Origin: Theionarchaea archaeon
GTDB lineage: Archaea; Methanobacteriota_B; Thermococci; Methanofastidiosales; SZ-28-30
Reading direction: 5' to 3'
DNA length: 64,000 nucleotides
NCBI GenBank assembly: GCA_018992685.1
Contig: JACVGT010000001.1
Span: 100,458 to 164,457 of the forward strand
The translations under genes were made by a program, and so were the position numbers. Below the pieces are notes generated by a model that was not told the origin of the DNA, did not search any database, and saw only the letters and a list, made by a program, of their open reading frames with translations. Below are positions 51,336 to 61,484 of this stretch, in pieces (positions within the stretch are counted from its first letter, which is position 1; every line of letters starts with the position of its first letter).

Positions 51336-52244
51336 TCAAAGATGGAAAGCAGGGCCTCCACTACCAGAAAATAGTTTAGAAAGTACGATAGCTGGCGTGA
51401 CAGATTTCTGCAGAGAAGGAAAGCATTCATTCGTTGACAGATCGATGCAGTAACTGTGATCAGTTATAGTCATCCAGTCTCTTCCATATGACCATGCGTT
51501 GTCTCGAAACTGTGCTATGGTGTACCCACTGGGATTTTCGGCTTCACTTGTACAATTATCACATTGGTATGGGACTTCAGAAATGCCATCATAACCTGCC
51601 CGACTGCTGTAGCCTGTATGCACATGCAGGTCTCCAAAATGCCAGTATGAGTCGATGAATGGAGGGTATTCAGGATTAGGTATGGTAGGATAGGGTTGGA
51701 GAACTTGAATGGAGTGCACTTTTTCCACAGTGTGGGTTTCACCCTGGTACTCATACTCTAGGAGGATGTACATCGTTTCTGCGGTACCCACCATCGGACT
51801 ATCTCCAAATAGCTGACTGGAATCAATGGTGACTGTTTGAATATCCGTTCCTTGTAGAATTATCCCCATTAGGCTCACTAATCTTTCATGCGTTAGATAG
51901 ATATCTTCTTTTTCTCCTCTTGAACTCAAGAGAGTCTCGTATTCATCCAACGTCTTTTGGTACTCCTCCCATTCGTTTCCTACTCCTACCAGTTTTCTGG
52001 AAATACCCTTCTCGTGTAAAACTGCATTTTGGCAAGAGATCTTGAGTGAAGTGAGAATAAGCTCTTCACTGGAATCACCTTTAAAAGTGAATTGCACTTT
52101 CCCATGGAAAACTCCCTGTCGAATGAGGTATCCCGGCATTTCTATTCCGACCTCGACGAGCTGATCCTGACTAAGAAGTACTTCTGCTTGTAAGAACATG
52201 ATGAGAGCTGATGCCAGCGCAAGTTCAATGTGGACTGCTTTCAT
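51336..52244 (-). pseudogene. Secreted PHP-domain protein, apparently truncated after the TDH motif
   Basis: Signal peptide; GDLHVHTGYS and DW..ITDHS PHP motifs, but the rest of the barrel is missing. Confidence 0.55.
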
Positions 52245-52644
52245 GCTCTCCCTCTTTTTTCTCTCGTTTCCACAAGCGCAAAGTTACTGCTATTGTGGAC
52301 AGTAGTAGGACAGGGTATTCTATCCAGATAATTGGATCAGTGTGTTCAAATTCTCCAAGGACCATGGCAGAATAATATCCAAAAGGTAGTAGCCAGATAA
52401 TCGTGCCTATTCTACCCAGGTAAAGGAAAAACCTATGGCGGAAGAGCCAGACACCAATGATAATCAGAATCAATGGAACGTCAACAATAAGACTTGTTAC
52501 AATGGTTTGTTTCGATGGAGTAAAACCACTGAGAACATACCCAACAAACCCACCCCCCAATTCCCAGTACACTATAGTTGCAATCAAAGGAATGGTAGCT
52601 ACTCTCGCTGCAACGGTAATCCCCACTTTATTGCCAGTTTTCAA
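52225..52644 (-). CDS. 4-TM membrane protein (paralog of 53304..53723)
   Basis: ARVAT.PLI, FLYLGRIGT..WL.PFG, VLGE.EH..PI shared; TTG start with GGAGGT SD. Confidence 0.7.
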   Translation of the reverse strand: MKTGNKVGITVAARVATIPLIATIVYWELGGGFVGYVLSGFTPSKQTIVTSLIVDVPLILIIIGVWLFRHRFFLYLGRIGTIIWLLPFGYYSAMVLGEFEHTDPIIWIEYPVLLLSTIAVTLRLWKREKKEGEHESSPH

Positions 52645-52807
52645 TTGAGTTACCTCCCAGTCTATCTCTTGTTGGAAATTCCAGACCAATTATCCTTGAG
52701 AATCTGATCTTAAATCGCTTCCTAAGAAGAGACATTTTAAGATCATTAGAAAAGAATGTGCCATAACTCAATTTTCTGACTTTTCCGTACTCAAGTCTGA
52801 ACTTCAT
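52628..52807 (-). CDS. 59-aa small ORF at the head of duplicated unit B
   Basis: TATATATA box, AGGAGGT SD, MKFRLEYGK...GTFFSNDLKM. Confidence 0.4.
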   Translation of the reverse strand: MKFRLEYGKVRKLSYGTFFSNDLKMSLLRKRFKIRFSRIIGLEFPTRDRLGGNSIENWQ

Positions 52808-52906
52808 CGAGCCACAACCTCCTGTACTTTTCATACAAGAGCACTGGTATATATAGCTTTGCACGAGTGGCATGAGTGATTTGGCAATTAGTACACTGAA
52901 GTATAT

Positions 52907-53320
52907 TCATATATCAACAAGACTCTTAGTCTCTCTAGGCTGATTGAAACAGGACATATCTAGAGGAAATCTTCCTGGCATCTGAACTACGGAGAATCCT
53001 TGTAGGACCTTTTCTACTGAAATCGCCAATTTTGCCTCGGCACCGTGGATGTTTTCCTCTCCAGCTTGTGAATTCAGAAGAGTGTTGTATTTGCTCAGTG
53101 GATTTTGGCATTCTTCCGCCTCCTTTCCTATTCTTCCGAGTTTTCTGAAAATGTCATTCTCAAATGGCATTCCATTCTGCCCATGGATTCTAAGTGAAAT
53201 GAGGCCGAGTTCTTCATTGGGATTCCTTTTGAAGACGAGTTGATCTCGACCAAGAAATACTTCTACTTGCAACAAGATGAGTAGTAATGTCTGCGCTAAC
53301 TGATTATAGGTTGTTTTCAT
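52907..53320 (-). pseudogene. Decayed paralog of the N-terminus of 51336..52244
   Basis: LQ.EV.L..DQLV, EEL.L.SL.I..QN, I.RKL..G.E.EE.Q..L..Y.TLL.S shared. Confidence 0.6.
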
Positions 53321-53723
53321 GTTCCTTCTCCTTCTTACTCAGATTCCACAAGAACCAGATTACTGATACAGTCGATAAGAATAGTACCAAAAAGATAATG
53401 AAGACTATTGGCTCAGCATGTTCAGGTTCTCCCAGAACCATGAAAGAGAAAAATCCAAAAGGGAATAGCCAGACAGCGGTACCTATCCTCCCCAGGTAGA
53501 GGAATAATTTACGATGAGGAAGCCAGACTCCAATTGCAATTGCAATTATTGGAACGCCGACAATGAGATTCGATCCAAGGGTTTCTTTTGAAAGGGCAAA
53601 ATCCCTGTACACAATGTCTCCGATGAATCCAGTTGCCGATGCCCAAAGCAGTGGAACTATAATCAGAGGAACGGTAGCTACTCTCGCAAGGTTAGCAGCG
53701 TTTACTATACTGTCAGTTTTCAA
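53304..53723 (-). CDS. 4-TM membrane protein (paralog of 52225..52644)
   Basis: Same motifs; TTG start with GGAGGT SD. Confidence 0.7.
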   Translation of the reverse strand: MKTDSIVNAANLARVATVPLIIVPLLWASATGFIGDIVYRDFALSKETLGSNLIVGVPIIAIAIGVWLPHRKLFLYLGRIGTAVWLFPFGFFSFMVLGEPEHAEPIVFIIFLVLFLSTVSVIWFLWNLSKKEKEHENNL

Positions 53724-53886
53724 TGGAACTACCTCCGAATTTGCTTCTTGTCAGAAATTCCAAACCACCTATCATGAGAAGTGCTACTTCAAATTCCTTC
53801 CCAAAAAGTAACATTTTAAGATCATTAGAAAAGAATGTACCATCACTCAATTTTCCGGCTTTTCCGTACTCAAGTCTGGACTTCAT
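53713..53886 (-). CDS. 57-aa small ORF at the head of duplicated unit A
   Basis: Same promoter and SD as unit B; MKSRLEYGK...GTFFSNDLKM. Confidence 0.4.
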   Translation of the reverse strand: MKSRLEYGKAGKLSDGTFFSNDLKMLLFGKEFEVALLMIGGLEFLTRSKFGGSSIEN

Positions 53887-54284
53887 CGAGCCACAACCTC
53901 CTGTACTTTTCATACAAGAGCACTGGTATATATAGCTCTGCACGAGTGGCATGAGTGATTTAGCAATTAGTACCTGAGGTGTATTCATAGATCAACAAAA
54001 CTCCTAGTCTCTGCAAGCTGATTGAAACAGGATATATCTAAAGGAGACCCTCCTGACATCTGAACTACGGAGAATCCTTGTAGGACCTTTTCTACTCCAA
54101 TGAAGGAGTTTCTGAGATTCAGCTGTCTGTGCTGGCTCGATAGAAATAGAGAAGTATTAATATTTATAGACACTCCACCTGTGAGAAGATTCATTTCTGC
54201 AGGGAGACTCTTTTTCACAGGAAGGCTTTTTAAAGTCCGTGTCATAAGATTTCTAAAGATTTCTCAGCAGAAAAAGGTGATAAA

Positions 54285-55268
54285 ATGAAATACAGGAATC
54301 TAGGCCGTCACGGATTGAAAATCTCAGAAATCTCCGTTGGAACTATGTTCCATGGTTCCTATATTCCCCGAGAGGACTCAACAAAAGTGCTGGCAGAAGC
54401 ACTCAACCAGGGTATCAATTTCATAGATTGTGCAGATCGGTACGGGATTTTTGACTCAGAATTAGACTCTGACAAACGCCTGCGAGCAGAAATTATACTA
54501 GGAGAATTCTTGAAGGATTATGACAGAGAAGATTTAGTTATCAGCAGCAAAGTCTTTTACAAGATGCGCGAATCCCCGAATTCTGGCGGGCTGAGCCGTA
54601 AACACATCCGAGAAGAGATCAATCATTCCCTGGAGTATTTGCAGACCGACTACCTGGACATGTATTTCTGCCACAGACCTGACAGAGATACGCCGCTAGA
54701 AGAAACCATTGCTGTCATGAGCAGACTGGTGGATGAAGGGCTAATCCACTACTGGGGCACAAGCTGGTGGCCTCCTGTCATGGTAGAAAGAACGATTGCT
54801 CTGGCAAAAGAAATGGGACACCATCCTCCAGCAGTTGAACAGCCGCCCTACCACTTTAATGCCCGCTTCATTGAGACCGATCTCTTTGATGTCGCGAACT
54901 ATCATGGGTTGGGTATCACCGCTTTTGAGGCACTATCTGGCGGCTTTTACACAGGAAAGTACATCAATGGAGTCCCTGAGGGAAGTAGAGGATCGAAGAC
55001 CCATTTTGTAACACAGGAAAGACTTGAGGCCAGGAGAGAGCAATTACAGAAGTTGATTGAGATTGCCAGCTCTCTGGACATACCCTTGTGTCAGCTGGCA
55101 CTAGCATGGGTACTGAGGAGGCCGGAAATCTCTTCCACCATCATGGGTGCCTCACGGCCTGAGCAGGTTGTGGTCAATGCAGGAGCATCTGATGTGATGC
55201 TGGATCACGACATTCTTGACCAGATCGAGGAAGTCCTGGGAAACAAGCCTGTGTCACAATTCAGGTAG
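54285..55268 (+). CDS. Aldo/keto reductase (Kv-beta-like)
   Basis: YRNLG..GLKISEI..GT, GINFIDCAD.Y, SSKV, LQTDYLD.Y.CHRPD, QLALAW, GASRPEQ. Confidence 0.93.
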   Translation: MKYRNLGRHGLKISEISVGTMFHGSYIPREDSTKVLAEALNQGINFIDCADRYGIFDSELDSDKRLRAEIILGEFLKDYDREDLVISSKVFYKMRESPNSGGLSRKHIREEINHSLEYLQTDYLDMYFCHRPDRDTPLEETIAVMSRLVDEGLIHYWGTSWWPPVMVERTIALAKEMGHHPPAVEQPPYHFNARFIETDLFDVANYHGLGITAFEALSGGFYTGKYINGVPEGSRGSKTHFVTQERLEARREQLQKLIEIASSLDIPLCQLALAWVLRRPEISSTIMGASRPEQVVVNAGASDVMLDHDILDQIEEVLGNKPVSQFR

Positions 55269-55641
55269 GATAATCAACTCTCGGGATTCCACGCCGGAGA
55301 GAAAATGCCTTCCCTGGCCGGTGATATACAAGGTGAGCAATCACGGTTTCAGGAGACTGCTCGTTCTCTCTGGTACAGGGGAGGCACGAACACTCCCCTG
55401 AAGCATGTTGTATCCACCTTCTGTGGGGTAACAGACGCTCCCATAACAGCGAAAGATAGGGTTTCCCGGGAAATTCAGATAATCCACATTATCCGAAGTG
55501 ATTGGGGGCTCAGAGGCTCCCTTTTTGACTGAATCTGACCTTAGATTACCGCAGGAGATGTCATCTTTAGAGAATCAGGACAATGGACAAGCAAAAAGCA
55601 TTATTTTACCAGGTTACTGGCCTAGCGTTACGTTTGAGATC

Positions 55642-57093
55642 TTAATTCTTTACAAGGTTGAGGAGCTCCTTGTGTACAGCGACCATTGCCAGTGTATCTT
55701 GCTTACAGTACTCCAGGAGGTTCTGTCTTTTCTCTTTCATTTCGTGAGGGGAATATGTGCCCAGGATCATGTAGACATAAGTCACCATTGCTGTGTCGCC
55801 TTCTTTGATTTGCAAGTGGTTATAGGACATTCCAGGAACCAAGACAGGAAGTACAGCTTTGATTGAAAACCCTCCATGAAACCCTGGATAATATACACAG
55901 GATTCAATAATCTTCTTCAGATCAACTATCCGATCTAACAGAGAATCTAATTTCTCTTTGAGATCAGGGAACATCTCAGCCAGCCCCTTGATAATTCCTT
56001 TCTCGTACGATGTATAGACAAGTATGCTCCCCTCTCCCTTCAGGTCTTCTACCAATCTCTCAGCAAGTTCTCTCCTGCAGTCCCTGGTGGGGTCAGCCAG
56101 ATATTCACAGTGTATCACACAGCCAAACTCCTTTGAACAGACGTGGATCGAATACTGAAACGGGATCCTTGCGTAGGGTGCTGCGTCCTGAAAGAGTGGA
56201 ATTGCAGTCGTAAGCACCTCAAAATCCAGGTAAAAGGCAGGCCACTGAATGCGCTCCAATTCCTTTTTGAGGCCTTTCTTGTCGATAAACGTGCACCTTC
56301 CCTGCACACACGTCTTCACTCTTTCCTGAGGCGGGGTAAGAGATACCCCTGATGGAATACCCTCGATGCAGGTGATACCGCTGGTCAACAATCCTCCGAA
56401 TTTCGACTCGGAAAGTCGTGGGAGATCAAAAATGTGATTATCGACTCCTTTGCCAACACAATCTCTGAACAGATCACATCCCCTGCATTCATATCGAAGA
56501 GAAGGCTCCGGCATAGAAGGTCCCCGTGTACTTTCCTCAAGAGATTGCCAGCAAGACTCGAATTCCTTCACCTTTTCCAGAACATCCATCGTGTGGTCAA
56601 TCTCCACAAAGAGGGAATCATCAGGCATACCTAATCGAAAATTCCTGTCTAGCAACATGAGTGAGACCCTCGAGATCTTACATCCACACAGACTCATAAC
56701 CAGATATGTGTATGCCATGCCGTCTATGAATTCTTTCTTATCATTGACACCTGATTTCACTTCAATGAGATGCCAGCCTTCCTCCTCTGGTTCCAACATG
56801 TCTGCTCGGGCCGTGAGTCCCCCTGAGGAAAAGGTACCTTCGAAGATTACAGGTGGACCTGGACTAGTCATGACATGAGCTGTCTTTTCTGCTGCCGAGA
56901 CCGTTTTCCCAACGTGAAGAAGTAATCCTGCTGGATACAGGCAGCGTGCTCTCTTATGGATTTCAACCCCCTGGTTCATCCGGAATTTCTGACCTACAGT
57001 CGGTGTAATTATGACCTTTCCTGATCTCATCATCCATCCCAGAGACTGACACTCACGTGCTTTCAGAAAAATTCCTTTTGTCATGGTTCCCAT
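55642..57093 (-). CDS. DUF2779 protein (PD-(D/E)xK nuclease-like + RNase H-like domain)
   Basis: RADML..LIEVKS; C..C....C; YLDFE, IPFQYS.H, YEK, VDL, SIK.VLP.L.P..SY, YCKQDTLAM. Confidence 0.8.
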   Translation of the reverse strand: MGTMTKGIFLKARECQSLGWMMRSGKVIITPTVGQKFRMNQGVEIHKRARCLYPAGLLLHVGKTVSAAEKTAHVMTSPGPPVIFEGTFSSGGLTARADMLEPEEEGWHLIEVKSGVNDKKEFIDGMAYTYLVMSLCGCKISRVSLMLLDRNFRLGMPDDSLFVEIDHTMDVLEKVKEFESCWQSLEESTRGPSMPEPSLRYECRGCDLFRDCVGKGVDNHIFDLPRLSESKFGGLLTSGITCIEGIPSGVSLTPPQERVKTCVQGRCTFIDKKGLKKELERIQWPAFYLDFEVLTTAIPLFQDAAPYARIPFQYSIHVCSKEFGCVIHCEYLADPTRDCRRELAERLVEDLKGEGSILVYTSYEKGIIKGLAEMFPDLKEKLDSLLDRIVDLKKIIESCVYYPGFHGGFSIKAVLPVLVPGMSYNHLQIKEGDTAMVTYVYMILGTYSPHEMKEKRQNLLEYCKQDTLAMVAVHKELLNLVKN

Positions 57094-57301
57094 GGTTCTT
57101 CCTCCCTATCTCTTCCTGGATTTTGTGCACCAGTGTACAGTGGCTTACAGACTGGGTTATTAACTCTTGGGTTTGTTCTCTTTCGTGCAGAGAGGCAGGA
57201 GGTGATGAAAAGAGAAAAGCAATGAAAAAGAGTCGAGCTCACATTTTTTCGGAAAGAAGAAAGGAAAAAAAATGAAAGAAAGATTTCATTTCTTGTATCA
57301 A

Positions 57302-60300
57302 CTATGGCGTGCTCAGTAGAACGGTGATCTCATCAACATCCTGAATCTTGCCACACCAGTAGACGTCTGCGCGAATCGTGTACCAGATCCCTGTTGAGTA
57401 CCCGGTGGGGTCCCAGATGCACTGGTAGGGCCTAAGAGGATCTTCACAGAGGAGCACTCCTGTTACGTTGCCTCCGGCATCAATCCAGATCAGGTAGAAC
57501 TTTACTGAAGAGACATACCCTGCAGTTGTTGTGGTGATGGTGATTGGTGCAGTGTTCAATACGGTGCTCCCATCGAGCGGGCTGGTAATAACAATACTGG
57601 TGCGGGGTCTCTGGGTGAGACAGGGGGACTCAGGGTCTCCTATGAGGTTTCTCTCGTAGAAGCAGTACCGGTACGTGGAATTGGTCTGGGCTGATGAAAC
57701 AAGGTAGCTTCGTGCTTGATTCAGTATGTCACCCAATTTCTGATTTCCGTCAGTGAAGCAGGCCTTGAATTCCATTTCACAGAACTCACCGGAATACATG
57801 CAGGCATCACTGTAGGAATACCAGCCATAGGAGTAGTTCATGTAGGTAGCTATGGCCCCGTTATCAGGATCTTTGACGTATTCTTCAGCCAGACAGTCAT
57901 TCACAGTGAAATCTCCTGTCATACAAGCCACAGTCGTATGCCAGGGCCAGAAGGTGTTGGTCAGTGTTGAAATGTCTGCATTGTACCATGTGACATTACC
58001 GCCGTTGTTGTAGTTGAGGTAGTAGGACGTTGAAGAACCATGGCCAATATGAGCGACAGCCACGGGATTATATCCCCAGTACTGTATCCATAATGGCTTG
58101 GTGACTGTTCCATCCTCCTCAAAGAGGTAGTCCACCGTATAGTCCCAGGGTACCCAATCATCGCAATTGTAAGCCAGGCACCTGGTATCAGGATCGTTAC
58201 TGGAATTGGCTCTGGACTGGTGGAGTAAGACTCGCTTTGGTTTTTCAGCCCGTTCATAGGCTATAACCTTGTTGACGAAATCCCTGGCCTCTGCCACAGT
58301 TTCCACTGGTGCCCTTCCTACAGCAACCTCAGCATACCAGTCGACTTCACCCGGTTCTGCATATATGCCGTCACTATCATTGTCAAAGGTACCGTCCAGG
58401 TGGGCATAGTACATGTCAGCAGCTATGTAGGTGCCACTCACGTAGAACCATCTGAAGGGGACAACTGAAACATCTCCGCCAAGCAGGACGTATTCAGTGC
58501 CATGGTTGGTGTACATGTCAATGATGAAGTTCCTGATTTTATCCTGATTATCCACTCCAGGGTAGGTCGCATAGATATAGGCCAACGTGTAGACACCAGT
58601 TCCACTCACGTAACATGATTTGTGGTCTGCCAGTGTGTTGAATGTGGGTAGCATGTCATCGTTGGTGATGATGATATATTCTTCAGTTGTCAGAGGTATC
58701 GGGGCATCATAGGTCCCGACCATTTCTGGATTATCAACAAGTGATGCGACATCTTCCTTGTCTTTCTGCAGTCCTCTGTACAATGGACTTTTCTCACCAC
58801 TTTCCAGGTTCACTTCGACAGTCAGTGTGGAATAGAAGTGCACAGTCTGAGACTTGGGCTGATACTGTACAGGGTACAGGTTGATGTTGAGAATGGTGAA
58901 CCCTTTGAACGACTCAGTGCCTGTAACCTCGAACAGCGTGCCAGGATATGGACTGTCTGAGCTGTAGATTTCCTCATTCCTGTCGACTCTTTCCGGGGCA
59001 GGTCCGCTGAACGTGCAGGGTGGCTGGCCCCACGGAATGTCAATTCCTTTCTGGATAAGAGGTGTCCCGTGGTGGACCCGGACATCTTGTGCATCTGTAT
59101 TCTGGGGTAACAGGATTCGAGCAGTTCTGTATGGGATCAACGGTTCACCAGGTACTTCTTGGACGAATGTGTCTTCTACCATCCAGGATCCACACTCATC
59201 CTGTGGGGCAGGATTGAAGTGGTATTCCACAGTAATCGTGTCTGAAGACCAGATTGCTGCAGGAAAACTCAGAGCAAGTACTGCTAAAAGAATGAATGTC
59301 ATGGCCTTCTTCCGTCCTGAGCGTCTAATCCAGTTCTCAGTTCGTATTCCAGTGAATCCAAATAACAGCAGAGGCATCAGCAGCAGGGCCCACAAGTTCT
59401 TCTTGAAATTGCTGGAAGCGATATGATGCAGTTCTGTGGTCAGAGAAGGACGCAATTCTACCGTGATCTCGTCAATATCTTGGAGCATACCATAGTAGTA
59501 TCCTTCTGCACGAATGGTGTACCAGCCTGGTGAGTAGCCAGTCGTTTCCCAAATGCAGTCGAAGGGCAAACATGTGTCATTGCACTTCAATTCTCCCCTG
59601 ACTTCATCACCTTCCTCGATCCAGATCAGATAGAACTTTACCGTATCAACGGATGTTGCATCTGCTGCAATGTTGACTTTTTCACCTGTGTAGATACCAG
59701 TCCCATCAAGAGGACTCTTGATGGTGACATTGATATGAGGTGGCGTACACGAAAAGATGTCCTGGGCATCAGGTGGTGGGGAGACATTGGGGTTACATAT
59801 GATCTGGTTCACTGCAGCAAAGGCGTCCACTCGGCCCCAGCCCCACAGGACATTCTTGCCCTCGCACTTGACGACAGCAGTTGCACCGATACAGTTCTTA
59901 ATCTGGTAGGGCATTGCTGTACCATTGGCATTCAGCATGAGGGCAGCAACACCAGCGACGTGAGGGGCAGCCATCGATGTGCCAGACATTGCGACATCAC
60001 TGCATAACGTCCCTGCACGAGCAGCGTATATAGAAACCCCTGGAGCAATGACATCTGGCTTTGTCCTGCCATCAGTAGTGGGTCCTCTGGAAGAGAAACT
60101 GGCCAGAGCATCAGATTTGTCTGAAGCACCCACTGTAATAACATGGGTGGCATCCCCTGGAGTACCTACGGTGTAAAAGCTAGGACCACCATTGCCTGCT
60201 GCACATACCACAACGACACCCTGATCAACAGCCCAATTGCACTCTTGAGCGACGGCACTGGTTCCGTCGCCAGGAGGACCAGTCAAGGATATATTCTCGA

Positions 60301-61228
60301 CATCTGCACCTTGTGTAACACCGAAGTCAATCCCCATGATGATAGCAGAAGTAGGACAGGACCCTGCAGAACTACACACCTTGGCGCCCATTAAAGAAGC
60401 TCCCGGGGCAACACCGTATGGCGAATAGGAACCTGCAGCAATGGAGGAGACATGCGTCCCGTGCCCATGATCGTCATAGGGTTGAGGCAGACTGTTAATG
60501 TAGTCAGCCCAGGCCACGATCTTGCCGAGAGGGAAGTCACAATGGCCGGGGTCGATCCCCGTGTCAATAATGCATATGCTGATCCCCGTACCATCATATC
60601 CCATGTTCCACACGTCATCTGCATTGATGAGCGGTACACTCTGATACAAGACCGTGTAGCTCATTTCATCCGCTTCCACAAACTCAACAGCACCCTCTTC
60701 AGAGAGCGCTTTGATCCTGGAAACGCGAATATCCACGACAGCTCCCATGCCGCTTGCGAACCGATAGGAGATTTGGCCGAATCGCTCCAAAGCGCCAAAT
60801 GAATCTGGCTCTTTGAACCATGTCAGGATCCTGACAATGTCCCCACTGTTCATTCCAGAGATTTTATCCTTGATGGACCATTTCATTTTTGTCACATTGT
60901 TGGGAACGACCATAACATACTCGTCAGCACCAACTGCAGTCAAGTCTTCTCTTAGGATTTCAACGGTGGATTCATTGATCTGTGTCATGGGAAGCTTTTC
61001 CATGTTGATTTCCCTAGCAACCACGGTCAATGCATCTGGATCAAGAGCGAGATACAGGTAATCAGAATCCTCGCCAGTAATCGTGGCGGTGAAGATCGCT
61101 GCGTCTCTTCCTTCATAGCCGTACGTCTGGATATGGATGACTACTTTGTTTGTTACAGCACTAGTAGTTACGAGAGAGAACATGAGCATTCCGACTACAA
61201 CTACGAATACCTTTCGATCTATTTTCAT
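57302..61228 (-). CDS. Secreted S8 subtilisin + Ig-like + 2 TM + C25 (gingipain-like) propeptide/peptidase + Ig-like fusion
   Basis: S8 triad IIDTG / HGHGTHV / GTSMAAPH; C25 motifs YVLLGGD, ADMYY, VGRAP, GHG, VAC, NLIGDP; AGGAGGT SD before ATG 61228. Confidence 0.85.
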   Translation of the reverse strand: MKIDRKVFVVVVGMLMFSLVTTSAVTNKVVIHIQTYGYEGRDAAIFTATITGEDSDYLYLALDPDALTVVAREINMEKLPMTQINESTVEILREDLTAVGADEYVMVVPNNVTKMKWSIKDKISGMNSGDIVRILTWFKEPDSFGALERFGQISYRFASGMGAVVDIRVSRIKALSEEGAVEFVEADEMSYTVLYQSVPLINADDVWNMGYDGTGISICIIDTGIDPGHCDFPLGKIVAWADYINSLPQPYDDHGHGTHVSSIAAGSYSPYGVAPGASLMGAKVCSSAGSCPTSAIIMGIDFGVTQGADVENISLTGPPGDGTSAVAQECNWAVDQGVVVVCAAGNGGPSFYTVGTPGDATHVITVGASDKSDALASFSSRGPTTDGRTKPDVIAPGVSIYAARAGTLCSDVAMSGTSMAAPHVAGVAALMLNANGTAMPYQIKNCIGATAVVKCEGKNVLWGWGRVDAFAAVNQIICNPNVSPPPDAQDIFSCTPPHINVTIKSPLDGTGIYTGEKVNIAADATSVDTVKFYLIWIEEGDEVRGELKCNDTCLPFDCIWETTGYSPGWYTIRAEGYYYGMLQDIDEITVELRPSLTTELHHIASSNFKKNLWALLLMPLLLFGFTGIRTENWIRRSGRKKAMTFILLAVLALSFPAAIWSSDTITVEYHFNPAPQDECGSWMVEDTFVQEVPGEPLIPYRTARILLPQNTDAQDVRVHHGTPLIQKGIDIPWGQPPCTFSGPAPERVDRNEEIYSSDSPYPGTLFEVTGTESFKGFTILNINLYPVQYQPKSQTVHFYSTLTVEVNLESGEKSPLYRGLQKDKEDVASLVDNPEMVGTYDAPIPLTTEEYIIITNDDMLPTFNTLADHKSCYVSGTGVYTLAYIYATYPGVDNQDKIRNFIIDMYTNHGTEYVLLGGDVSVVPFRWFYVSGTYIAADMYYAHLDGTFDNDSDGIYAEPGEVDWYAEVAVGRAPVETVAEARDFVNKVIAYERAEKPKRVLLHQSRANSSNDPDTRCLAYNCDDWVPWDYTVDYLFEEDGTVTKPLWIQYWGYNPVAVAHIGHGSSTSYYLNYNNGGNVTWYNADISTLTNTFWPWHTTVACMTGDFTVNDCLAEEYVKDPDNGAIATYMNYSYGWYSYSDACMYSGEFCEMEFKACFTDGNQKLGDILNQARSYLVSSAQTNSTYRYCFYERNLIGDPESPCLTQRPRTSIVITSPLDGSTVLNTAPITITTTTAGYVSSVKFYLIWIDAGGNVTGVLLCEDPLRPYQCIWDPTGYSTGIWYTIRADVYWCGKIQDVDEITVLLSTP

Positions 61229-61484
61229 TGTTTTCAACCTCCTTAAAGTTTATATACTGAGAATTGTTTTACAGTTTATAATCCTTTTGAACGCAAATAA
61301 TTATAGATATGGAATTGGAAGAAAGAAACTTAATAAATCGAAATTAAATAGAATTAACTGAACCCATTATCGGAAGATTAGTCTTTCGTCGGAGCATCAT
61401 AGAAAAAGAGGGGCTAGCACTCACCTAGTCACAACCTAACCCATCGGGAAAACCTTTTTATTTTTCGCCATTCATTGTGAGTCC

